Assembly: GCA_025354795.1 (NCBI GenBank)
Contig: JANXMF010000216.1
Span: 1,138 to 65,137 of the forward strand
Length of the DNA: 64,000 bases
Source of the DNA: Pseudobdellovibrionaceae bacterium
GTDB lineage: Bacteria; Bdellovibrionota; Bdellovibrionia; Bdellovibrionales; UBA1609
Direction of reading: 5' to 3'
Below the pieces are notes generated by a model. The model was not told the origin of the DNA, made no database searches, and was given only the letters and a program-made list of their open reading frames with translations. Positions within the stretch are counted from its first letter, which is position 1, and each line of letters begins with the position of its first letter. Of the stretch, positions 24,597-32,908 are shown piece after piece. The position numbers and the translations under genes were made by a program.

Positions 24597-25968
24597 TCCT
24601 CAGCCTTTGCACTTCACAGATTTGGAAAAACTGTTGAAATTCTGGGAACTCATGCAGAAAATTCAAGCCCCGTCGCTCTTCCAACCTGCGAATACCGCGG
24701 GCAAAAAGGCAGCGGGCCCACTGAATTCTCTTGTCGCTAGTGTCGGCGTCGTGGTTGATGGCTTCGCCCATGCTGCGCACGTAGTTTGAGTACTCCGCCC
24801 AGTTCTGGCCCCATTTGGGGCGGGCGCGAAAATAGCTGTAATCCGACTCATGGTGTACCAAGCGCTCGGCTGTCGCAGCTAGGTGATTTTTGAAATCGGG
24901 CGTGAGGATCTCTGGCGCTAGCCACAGCGGATAAATGACTGAGTTTTCAATAAATGGAATGGATATAGCGAAGCGCCGACGCAGTGGCGCGAGAAAATCG
25001 ATGAGAGCGGCAAAACTCGTCACGCAGAGAGTGTTGATCGTCGCGGAAACGGAAACTTGGGAGTGCTGAATGCGCCTCTCCAAAAGCGTGAGAAGATTTT
25101 CCTCGAAGCGCGCCCATTCGAGACCGAAACGGATGAACTCCGCACGCTTGCCGACCGACTCCATCGACAGATCGATCAGGCAGATGCGGCCGCCACGGCC
25201 GAGAAGCTCCAATACCTCAAGTAGTCTTTCAAATAACTTAGGTTTACAATTCAAATTGGTGACGATTCTTAGGCGACAGCGCACATTGCCGTGCAGTTCG
25301 AGGAGGCGATGAGTTTTGAGCAAGAGCTCGGGAAAATCCGCGTGCATGGTAGGTTCCCCGCCTACAAAACTCACGGTCTTCAAGCCGCCGGCCACCGTCG
25401 TGAACCAGGCCCAATAGGTGTCGGTAAAACCCGCGGGCGCCTGGGCGTTTTCCCAATCGTAGTCGGCCTGATTCATTCCCCCGTATTGCAAATCTTCTTG
25501 CATCCAACGCGATGAATTCCCCCGCCAACAGTAAACACATTTTAGATCACAGAGGTTGCCGAGCTGAACTTCTAAAAAAGGAATGGCGCTAGCCTTCAGC
25601 GCGCGGGCGCCGGCATCCAGGCGCAGCGGATCGGCGCCCTTGAGGCTCTTTAGCACGTTTTGCGCACCGATGCGGGGCGAAGGCTGGCCCGAACTCTCAG
25701 CCTTCCAACACGGCGAGCAATCGGGATGACGAGTGCCCTTAAACATTTCCAGCCGACGATCGAGCAAGTATTGATTGTTGAGAATGCTGTCGGTGCCAAA
25801 GTCTCCCACGTCCTTCGCCGTCACCCGGTAATGGGGAACGCGGCAGCAAGTGCGCACGAAACCCTTAGTCAAATCGATGGTCGGCTGATTCCATCGCAAC
25901 TCGCACAACGTGTCCTCAGGAAGGCCTTGGACACAAAGAGAGCCATCGGGTTTGTATTGGTCCAACAA
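24589..25968 (-). CDS. Radical SAM enzyme with N-terminal Cys-rich extension
   Basis: FLEVQLGNLCDLKCVYCW is the CxxxCxxC cluster motif at residues 139-146. VSFVGGEPTMH is a GGE-type SAM motif. The N-terminal 90 aa carry C12, C22, C41-C42 and C84xxC87. Confidence 0.8.
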   Translation of the reverse strand: MLDQYKPDGSLCVQGLPEDTLCELRWNQPTIDLTKGFVRTCCRVPHYRVTAKDVGDFGTDSILNNQYLLDRRLEMFKGTRHPDCSPCWKAESSGQPSPRIGAQNVLKSLKGADPLRLDAGARALKASAIPFLEVQLGNLCDLKCVYCWRGNSSRWMQEDLQYGGMNQADYDWENAQAPAGFTDTYWAWFTTVAGGLKTVSFVGGEPTMHADFPELLLKTHRLLELHGNVRCRLRIVTNLNCKPKLFERLLEVLELLGRGGRICLIDLSMESVGKRAEFIRFGLEWARFEENLLTLLERRIQHSQVSVSATINTLCVTSFAALIDFLAPLRRRFAISIPFIENSVIYPLWLAPEILTPDFKNHLAATAERLVHHESDYSYFRARPKWGQNWAEYSNYVRSMGEAINHDADTSDKRIQWARCLFARGIRRLEERRGLNFLHEFPEFQQFFQICEVQRLRNE

Positions 25969-26043
25969 TTCTCAACTCGGGGTGAGGGTTGCAAATCCAT
26001 TGGGGAGCCTGCTTGGAGGCAGGGAAATTGTCAAACACCTATC

Positions 26044-26433
26044 GTGCCCTTGATTTCAGCTGCATTCATCGCTAAATTTTTTACTGTGCATACCGTTTGG
26101 CAAAGACCTTTTGAGCGTCTCGGCAGCTTGATTGAGCTGCATTCCGGCAAGAATGCGGACGCCCCTTCCTTGCGCGCGGCCGTGGACCGGCGCCAGCTGG
26201 AGTTGCAGCATGTGGGAATGGAACCGGGTGATCTCGCGCTATTGGTGCATGGCAACAGCATTGCTTTTTTTATCGATCTACTGGCAATTTGGGCGCTGGG
26301 TGGCTGCGCGGTGCCGCTCGATCCCAAATCGATGCCGCGGGAAGTGGAAAATATTTTGCGCCACACCCGCGCGCGCGCTTTATTCTTGGCGCGGCCGAAC
26401 CCGTGGTTGTTGCGGGCAAAGGTTTGGTGCTGA
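26044..26433 (+). pseudogene. N-terminal remnant of an AMP-dependent synthetase/ligase (adenylate-forming enzyme)
   Basis: GMEPGDLALLVHGNSIAFFIDLLAIWALGGCAVPLDPKSMPREVENILRHTRARALFL matches the N-terminal region of class I adenylate-forming enzymes. The frame stops after about 130 aa. There is no room before lon for the remaining roughly 400 aa. Confidence 0.45.
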
Positions 26434-26788
26434 CCCAGCGGCGAGAATTCACCAAGTTGTGGTTGGAATAAGCAATCGTTTGCGCGCAAAGAAAACCCAC
26501 CCTGAGCGCTCCCGCTAGAATCAAAAGCCATTTGTAAACCATGTTTCCCTCTCATCACCAGCTTTGCACAGCCTTAGTGACCTGTGCATGGCTGACCGCA
26601 CAAGTGAAAACATAGGCTCATTTTAAGAATCGGCTTGGGACTCACGGCCAGGAAAGGTCTTAATGAGCGATTACGAGGCTATTTTCCAGACCAAATGCAC
26701 GTGCTTCCTTCTTAAAGCCCTTAATTCACATAGCCGAGAAGTATCACACGAGTAAGCCACTTTCTCGCGCCCTAAGCGGAGGCAGCAA

Positions 26789-29191
26789 ATGAGTTTTGAC
26801 GACAGAGCACTAGAAATTCCCGAATCGCTACCCATGTTACCGGTTCGCGATATTGTTGTGTTCCCATACATGATTCTCCCCTTATATGTGGGCCGCGAGT
26901 CTTCGATTCGAGCGGTGGAAGAGGCGTTAGCGAAAAATCGCCTGATCTTTCTGGCTTCCCAAAAGGAAATTACCGAGGAGAATCCCTCCGAGAACACGAT
27001 TTTCCGCACCGGCACCATCGCCATGATCATGCGCATGCGCAAATTGTCCGACGGTCGCGTGAAGATTCTGATTCAAGGTGTAAGTAAGGGCCACATCAAG
27101 AAATTCAATAAGTCCGAGCCCAATTTTGAAGTCGCCATCGAAAAAATCGAAGAAACACCGCTCACCGCAAGTTCTGAATTCGAAGCCATGATTCGCAATG
27201 CCAAAGAGCATCTGGAAAAAATTATCGCCCTCGGGCGCATGCTTTCGCCCGATATTCTCTTGGTGCTCGACGACGTCACCGATCCGGGCCGCCTCGCGGA
27301 CCTGATCGCCAGCAATCTTGGCCTCAAAGTTTCCGACGCGCAAAAAGTGCTCGAAACTTTCGATCCCAAAGCGCGCCTGCTGATGGTGAATGAACTTCTC
27401 GCCAACGAACTCGAAGTGCTGCAGATGCAAGCCCGCATCCGCTCACAAGCCAAAGATGAAATGTCCAAGAGCCAGCGCGAGTATTTCCTGCGCGAGCAAA
27501 TGCGTGCGATTAAAAATGAGCTGGGTGAAAACGACTCCAAGACTGAAGAAATGGAAGAGTTGCGTGAGCGCATTGTCAAAGCCGCGATGCCCGAGCATGT
27601 GCAACTGGAAGTCTTAAAGCAACTCGCGCGTTTGGAGCGCATGCACCCTGATGCCTCCGAAGCCAGTATGGTGCGCACTTATTTAGACTGGATGGTCGAT
27701 CTCCCGTGGTCCAAAAAAACTACCGACAGCCTCGACCTCAATCGCGCCAAGAAAATTCTCGACGAAGACCACTACGATCTGCAAAAAGCCAAAGACCGCG
27801 TGCTCGAATTCCTCGCGGTACGTAAATTGAAAGACAACACCATGAAGGGCCCGATCTTATGTTTCGTAGGTCCCCCCGGCGTTGGCAAAACATCTCTCGG
27901 TAAAAGCATCGCGCGTTCGATGGGCCGCGAGTACTTTCGCATCGCACTCGGCGGCGTGAAAGACGAGGCCGAAATCCGCGGTCATCGCCGCACCTATGTC
28001 GGCGCCATGCCCGGAAAAATCGTGCAAGCACTCAAGCAGGTGAAGACCAACAACCCGGTCATGGTGCTCGACGAAATCGATAAATTGGGCTCGGATTTCC
28101 GCGGTGACCCGTCGGCTGCCATGCTTGAAGTCCTCGATCCTGAACAAAACCACTCCTTCCGCGACAATTATCTCAACGTCGACTTCGACTTAAGCAACGT
28201 GTTGTTTATTGCTACCGCCAATGTGTACGAGAATGTGCCGCCGGCGCTGCGTGACAGAATGGAGACTATACATATCAGTGGTTACACCGATTCCGATAAA
28301 CTCTTGATTGCGCGCGCCCATCTGGTCTCGCGCCAGATCGAAGCGAACGGCGTGACCCCGGAACAGATTTCTTTTGCCGACGATGGCCTGAGCTATCTGA
28401 TCACGCACTATACCCGTGAAGCCGGACTGCGCAATCTTGAGCGCGAAATCGGTTCACTGTGCCGCAAAGTCGCTAAGAGATTTGTCTTTGGCCACATCGA
28501 ACCCATTGTGATCAATGCGCTGACGGTGCCAGAACTGCTCGGCCCGCCGCGCTTCTTAAAAGAAGAGCGGCTCAAAGAAAACCAAGTGGGCATTTCCACC
28601 GGCCTCGCCTGGACTCAGGCCGGCGGCGAAGTGCTTTATGTGGAAGCGCTCAAAATGCGCGGCAAAGGCGGACTGATCCTCACCGGACAACTTGGCGACG
28701 TGATGAAAGAATCGGCCCGTGCGGCGTGGTCCTATGCCCGAGCTCACTACGAAGAGCTTGGCATCGATGAAGATTTCTTCGATATGTACGAAGTGCACAT
28801 CCACTTGCCCGCAGGCGCCATTCCTAAAGATGGGCCCTCGGCGGGCGTGACGATGGCGACTGCGTTGATCAGCTTGATGACGGACGTGCCGATTCGGAGA
28901 GACATTGCGATGACGGGCGAAGTGACACTCTCGGGTCGCGTGTTGCCCGTGGGCGGAATTCGCGAAAAAGCCCTCGCCGCCATGACACACGGTGTGACCA
29001 ATATCATTTTGCCGATTGCCAATCAAAAGGATATTTCCGACATCCCCGAGGAGTTTAAGAAAAAACTAAACTTCGTGTTTGTCGAAAATCTGGATGAAGT
29101 TCTCTCGATGGCGTTCGATAAAAAAGCGGCTAAGCCGAAGCCAAAAGACAAGCCTCTCAAAAAGCCAAAGGCGCCGGCCGCCGCCGCATAA
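26789..29191 (+). CDS. lon: ATP-dependent protease Lon
   Basis: 800 aa. It has the LON N-domain, Walker A GPPGVGKTS, and the protease motif PKDGPSAGVTMATAL. Confidence 0.95.
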   Translation: MSFDDRALEIPESLPMLPVRDIVVFPYMILPLYVGRESSIRAVEEALAKNRLIFLASQKEITEENPSENTIFRTGTIAMIMRMRKLSDGRVKILIQGVSKGHIKKFNKSEPNFEVAIEKIEETPLTASSEFEAMIRNAKEHLEKIIALGRMLSPDILLVLDDVTDPGRLADLIASNLGLKVSDAQKVLETFDPKARLLMVNELLANELEVLQMQARIRSQAKDEMSKSQREYFLREQMRAIKNELGENDSKTEEMEELRERIVKAAMPEHVQLEVLKQLARLERMHPDASEASMVRTYLDWMVDLPWSKKTTDSLDLNRAKKILDEDHYDLQKAKDRVLEFLAVRKLKDNTMKGPILCFVGPPGVGKTSLGKSIARSMGREYFRIALGGVKDEAEIRGHRRTYVGAMPGKIVQALKQVKTNNPVMVLDEIDKLGSDFRGDPSAAMLEVLDPEQNHSFRDNYLNVDFDLSNVLFIATANVYENVPPALRDRMETIHISGYTDSDKLLIARAHLVSRQIEANGVTPEQISFADDGLSYLITHYTREAGLRNLEREIGSLCRKVAKRFVFGHIEPIVINALTVPELLGPPRFLKEERLKENQVGISTGLAWTQAGGEVLYVEALKMRGKGGLILTGQLGDVMKESARAAWSYARAHYEELGIDEDFFDMYEVHIHLPAGAIPKDGPSAGVTMATALISLMTDVPIRRDIAMTGEVTLSGRVLPVGGIREKALAAMTHGVTNIILPIANQKDISDIPEEFKKKLNFVFVENLDEVLSMAFDKKAAKPKPKDKPLKKPKAPAAAA

Positions 29192-29194
29192 ACA

Positions 29195-29764
29195 GTGTGG
29201 CGTTTGCTGTGGCTTTCCACTCTAATGCTAGGGCCCTTCACCTGGGCCACTTCTTTTGAAAGCTCCAAGCGCCGCTGCGCGGACGGCGTCGGCAAAGCCT
29301 GCTACGACTATGCCTTTCGGCTCCCGCGCCGGACGGACCCCGCTCAACAGCGAGTATTTATGGATTACATCAATCGGGCCTGTGCGCTAGGTTTCAAGAC
29401 GGCGTGTAAAACCAGCACCGACATCAACATGCGACCAAAAAAATCGCAAAAACGCAAAGCCGGCTATTATGACAATGCCTTTCACGGCCAATGCTTTGGC
29501 GATTCCGATATCTATCAAGCCGAGTTCACCCCTATCGTAATTTCCGCCACTCTCGTTCGCGGGCAAAGAATCTCACATATCAAAGTCAACTCCTACTGGA
29601 TACAGGTCGGGCTAAAGGAAGATGACATTGTTATGCGGGTAAACAATAAAAGTTTCAATACCGTCGCCGAGATTCACTCCGCCCTACGCGCCACCCATAA
29701 AAAATTTGCGTTTGAAGTCGAGCGAGAAGGCTCCCTGATCACACTTTGGTACAATTGCTTTTAG
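29195..29764 (+). CDS. Secreted Cys-containing protein with C-terminal PDZ-like domain
   Basis: GTG start 3 nt after the lon stop. Signal-like WRLLWLSTLMLGPFTWA. The C-terminal VGLKEDDIVMRVNNKSFNTVAEIHSAL resembles a PDZ carboxylate-binding region. Confidence 0.5.
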   Translation: MWRLLWLSTLMLGPFTWATSFESSKRRCADGVGKACYDYAFRLPRRTDPAQQRVFMDYINRACALGFKTACKTSTDINMRPKKSQKRKAGYYDNAFHGQCFGDSDIYQAEFTPIVISATLVRGQRISHIKVNSYWIQVGLKEDDIVMRVNNKSFNTVAEIHSALRATHKKFAFEVEREGSLITLWYNCF

Positions 29765-29772
29765 GGTCGGCC

Positions 29773-30213
29773 TCAAACTTCAAGACCCAAATCAAAATCC
29801 AACCGGGGCTGCAAATTCTTAACCCGGTTGTTTTCATCCTCAAGGACGCGGACCAATGTTTTTAGGTCCGCGACCTCGTCCTTGAGTTGTAGTATTTGTT
29901 CTTCCTTCTCCTGAAGGATCAAGGAATAGGCCTTTTTGATTTCATTCAACAGGCCCTGAGTTGTACGCCAGAACTGGTCGGGCTCGGAATCTGTAGGTGG
30001 TGGGACCTGGGGCTGAGAATTGACCTGTGTTGGGGGGGCAATGGTCTCAGTGTCAGGGCTCACCAGCAGAAGCGGGCCATCCTTGAGCAGATACTTACCG
30101 TCGGCAAACTTGTACTCTATTTCGCCCGCCTTAATGCGCCGGCGTAGAGTCGACATGCTCACTCGGTACTTGGCTGAGTATTCCGTTAAGGGTAACCAAT
30201 TCTGAGTGTTCAA
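29773..30213 (-). CDS. Helix-turn-helix (excisionase/MerR-superfamily type) DNA-binding protein with C-terminal coiled coil
   Basis: LPLTEYSAKYRVSMSTLRRRIKAGEI is the HTH. A Pro/Gln-rich linker follows. EEQILQLKDEVADLKTLVRVLEDENNRV is a heptad pattern. Confidence 0.6.
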   Translation of the reverse strand: MNTQNWLPLTEYSAKYRVSMSTLRRRIKAGEIEYKFADGKYLLKDGPLLLVSPDTETIAPPTQVNSQPQVPPPTDSEPDQFWRTTQGLLNEIKKAYSLILQEKEEQILQLKDEVADLKTLVRVLEDENNRVKNLQPRLDFDLGLEV

Positions 30214-30355
30214 CTACTCTCCCTATGATTACTCAAAATTTAGCACACTAAGTGCTTATGTAAAGGGCCGGTGACTAATCACGTTTAAAACTGGGCATAG
30301 GCCCTGTGACCAAGGTCTAAAGGCCAGTTCCCGGTTTGACTACCCGTCAATTTTC

Positions 30356-31600
30356 TTGGTTGAATACTCAAGCTTCAGGTACAGTGATTACGTGCGGTTA
30401 TCGGAGAAAAAGAAGATTGCTTTGGTGCTAAGCGGAGGTGGAGTCAAAGCCGCCGCCTTCCACATTGGCGCTTGCCTTGCACTGCGTGAAAAGGGTTTTA
30501 AGTTTGGCGGAGGCAGCGCCGCCAAAGATCGGCTTACGTTTGAGGGCAAGCCCCTAACGATTACGGTCTATGTTGGGTCAAGCGCCGGCTCGGTGGTCGC
30601 AGCGTTTCTGGCCAGTGGTCATTCGCTCGACGCAATTATCGGTGCCTTTACCCGTGGCGCCGGGCTGACCTCACTTGCTCGAAATCAAAACACCGAGGAG
30701 TCGTATCTTAAACCGATCACCTACCGTGATCTTTTTGCACTCAATGTCGGGGCGGCTTCCCCTATTCGCCTGTTGCCAAAACTTTTTCGCCGGCGCTTGA
30801 ATATTTCTGGCGGGCTTGAGGCCCTATTTAAGGAAGCCTTTAAAATCAATGGCGTTTTTAGCACCCGCAATATTGAAAAGTACATCAGCACCCATGTGAA
30901 TAGCGAAAATGATTTTAAACAGCTCGGCGCGGAGCTCTACATTGTAGCGACCCAGCTCAATCACTCACGCAAGGTGGTCTTTGGCCCCTACCCCGAAACC
31001 CAAAAGTTTAAGGAAATCAAGTACTGCAACTACGCCAAAGTAAGCGATGCCGTAGCCGCTTCGGCCGCTCTTCCGCCCTTTTTCGCGCCCTATGGCATCC
31101 GCAATCTCCAAGGCAAAGAGATCTTCTATTTTGACGGAGAGATCCGCGACACCCTCTCCACTCACGTCGCAGCCGACCAAGGCGCGGATCTGGTCATCGC
31201 GTCCTATTCGATTCAGCCTTATCACTACAATCAGGAGATGGGTTCGCTGCACGAGTACGGCATGCCGCTGATTTTCAACCAAGCACTTTACCAAGTGGTG
31301 CAACAGAAAATCCAGTCGAACATTAAACACCAGCAAAGTGTGCGCGGTATTATTCAGTCGGTGCAGGGCTATATGCGCGAACAAGGTCTAGGCGAAGAAC
31401 ACATTGCTAAGCTTACCGATATTTTGGTCACCAAGACCGCTTTCAATCCAGCGGTCGATTATATTTACATTCATCCAAGTCCTCAGGATCATGAGTTTTT
31501 CTTTTACGATCACTTTTCGCTGAATCCTAAGGTTCTCGGAGGGATTGTGCGGACTGGATTTAAGGCGGCGATGAATACGCTGCGGGCGTTTAATATCTAG
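30356..31600 (+). CDS. Patatin-like phospholipase
   Basis: VLSGGGVKAAAFHIG is the oxyanion GGGxK/R motif. GSSAGS is the GxSxG nucleophile. A DGE-type Asp motif (YFDGEI) is present. The start is TTG. Confidence 0.8.
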   Translation: MVEYSSFRYSDYVRLSEKKKIALVLSGGGVKAAAFHIGACLALREKGFKFGGGSAAKDRLTFEGKPLTITVYVGSSAGSVVAAFLASGHSLDAIIGAFTRGAGLTSLARNQNTEESYLKPITYRDLFALNVGAASPIRLLPKLFRRRLNISGGLEALFKEAFKINGVFSTRNIEKYISTHVNSENDFKQLGAELYIVATQLNHSRKVVFGPYPETQKFKEIKYCNYAKVSDAVAASAALPPFFAPYGIRNLQGKEIFYFDGEIRDTLSTHVAADQGADLVIASYSIQPYHYNQEMGSLHEYGMPLIFNQALYQVVQQKIQSNIKHQQSVRGIIQSVQGYMREQGLGEEHIAKLTDILVTKTAFNPAVDYIYIHPSPQDHEFFFYDHFSLNPKVLGGIVRTGFKAAMNTLRAFNI

Positions 31601-31843
31601 GGCTGAGCGCAGTTCTCGCAAAAGTGGACCCGTTCCCGCACTCGATGACTTAGATCTCTTCAGGATGAAAGTCCCTACCTTAGGCCTTGAACACGTTGGG
31701 GCGCCTAAGAGTAACTGCTGTAAAAGCTCAAGAGCCAGCCGCACTAATTGCAAACCCCGCAAAGCTAGGCCGAAAACCAGTTTAGCTAACTCCAAAAAAC
31801 GCCGAATCGTACTCAACTTTGGCAGTCTTTTAGATTTAGACAT
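31388..31843 (-). CDS. Hypothetical small basic protein (uncertain; its 3' end would overlap the convergent patatin gene)
   Basis: A very strong SD (GAAGGAGG) lies 6 nt upstream of the ATG at 31843. The N-terminal 45 aa are Leu-rich and amphipathic. The remainder is low-complexity and runs 213 nt into the patatin gene. Confidence 0.3.
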   Translation of the reverse strand: MSKSKRLPKLSTIRRFLELAKLVFGLALRGLQLVRLALELLQQLLLGAPTCSRPKVGTFILKRSKSSSAGTGPLLRELRSALDIKRPQRIHRRLKSSPHNPSENLRIQRKVIVKEKLMILRTWMNVNIIDRWIESGLGDQNIGKLSNVFFA

Positions 31844-32014
31844 TTTGAACCTCCTTCGTAAAAAAGGGATTCAACTCAAAAGCGAGAACGGGAGTCAGAC
31901 TCGCCTTTGTGCATTTTGGGGCCCGCGTCCCTAGCGAATTTGGCTTAAGATGAAGATTTTGAGCGTCCGGTTGAACGCGGCCTCAGAAACGAATTCCGAG
32001 CGTTTCTCAATTAG

Positions 32015-32908
32015 TTAAGATCTGATCAACGTCCAAGTGAGCTCATGCCGATTGCAGGTCAAATGGCGCAGCCTGCTTCCCGCAATCTTTAAAAACTCCC
32101 TAGCTATTTCATGATTGGTAGGGGCCTGAAACTTCAAGGTGCAAACAAAATTAGTGGCAAGGCCGGCGCTCAACCAGTTTTGCACCAGTTGCAATAGCCT
32201 CTCGGGATAACAAATCACATCTGAAAAAAGCCAATCCACTTTGCCTACGGCTTTAGGATCTAGCGCAAACGCACTCTCATTAATAAACTTCACGCGTTTA
32301 GACCACGGCACCGACTGCGCGAGCGCCGCCTTATCTACGCTGACCACCTCACATCCAAGCTGATCCAAGACCCAAGTCCAGCCGCCGGGGCTGGAGCCCA
32401 AGTCCAATACCCGCGCGCCCTTGGCGGGCAGCGATTCCAATATAAAAATCTCCCACAACTTCAAATAGGCGCGCGACGGCGGTTCGACTTTATTCTCGAC
32501 AAAACCCACCTCGCCGTCCGGAAACGGGCTGGAACACTCCGCCGAATAAAGCATTTTGTTAGTATCGAGCAGCGTCCACGCACCTAGCGACGCCCTCGGG
32601 GCTGGGGCTGGAAATACTTGCGCCTTAAACCGAATCGTTGGCAATTGCTGTTCAATCAAACTGGCGCGGCGGTGAGACGTCAAGCCGGGGTGCAATTTCC
32701 AATTGCGCTGGACCGCGCGCAATTCTTTGGCTGCGGAAGCAATGGATGTAAATTCGATCAGTTTAGGTGCCCGCCAAATATTTTGCGCCCATACCGGCTC
32801 GAAGTCGCCCTCGTACAAAAATAGCCGGCCGTGACGTTCGCGCAAATTCTCGCCCAGCTCCTCGATCAAAGGGCGCTCAAGGTCACGAGGCGCAACCGCA
32901 ACCTTCAA
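32015..32908 (-). CDS. rlmM: RlmM-like (FtsJ family) SAM-dependent rRNA 2'-O-ribose methyltransferase
   Basis: VLDLGSSPGGWTWVLDQLGCEVVSVDKA and VDWLFSDVICYPERLLQLVQNWL...FVCTLKF parallel RlmM motifs. The N-terminal domain is shorter than in E. coli. Confidence 0.7.
   Translation of the reverse strand: MKVAVAPRDLERPLIEELGENLRERHGRLFLYEGDFEPVWAQNIWRAPKLIEFTSIASAAKELRAVQRNWKLHPGLTSHRRASLIEQQLPTIRFKAQVFPAPAPRASLGAWTLLDTNKMLYSAECSSPFPDGEVGFVENKVEPPSRAYLKLWEIFILESLPAKGARVLDLGSSPGGWTWVLDQLGCEVVSVDKAALAQSVPWSKRVKFINESAFALDPKAVGKVDWLFSDVICYPERLLQLVQNWLSAGLATNFVCTLKFQAPTNHEIAREFLKIAGSRLRHLTCNRHELTWTLIRS

Noticed and set aside
26031-26558. Minus-strand ORFs of 175 and 90 aa in the scar region between the radical SAM gene and lon
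   Set aside because: They are antisense to the adenylate-forming-enzyme remnant and their composition is shadow-like. Only the first ~20 codons of the 90-aa ORF look like a signal peptide, and I treat that as another fragment, not a gene.
30240-30258. CIRCE-like inverted repeat TTAGCAC-ACTAA-GTGCTTA between the HTH gene and the patatin gene
   Set aside because: The arm spacing (5 nt) is far from the CIRCE geometry (TTAGCACTC-N9-GAGTGCTAA). Only 5 bp per arm pair perfectly, and no chaperone gene follows. It might be an operator for the adjacent HTH protein, but the evidence is too thin to call.
29773-31600. Patatin-like phospholipase plus divergent HTH gene as an anti-phage defence module (CBASS CapV-like)
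   Set aside because: No cyclic-nucleotide synthase, sensor ATPase or other defence partner is adjacent. Stand-alone patatins are common housekeeping or lipid-metabolism enzymes.
31665-31934. 89-aa plus-strand ORF in the convergent spacer
   Set aside because: It has no SD and a basic low-complexity translation. It is antisense to the ORF that has the very strong SD.
31601-32014. RNase P RNA-like or tmRNA-like fragments in the patatin-rlmM spacer (GATGAAAGTCCC, TAAGATGAAG, GGTTGAACGCGGCC)
   Set aside because: The candidate P4 strands are not complementary (AAGUCCCUA versus CGCGGCCU). No T-arm or acceptor stem can be drawn for a tmRNA 3' end. The resemblances are short and probably chance. Only a covariance-model scan could revive this.
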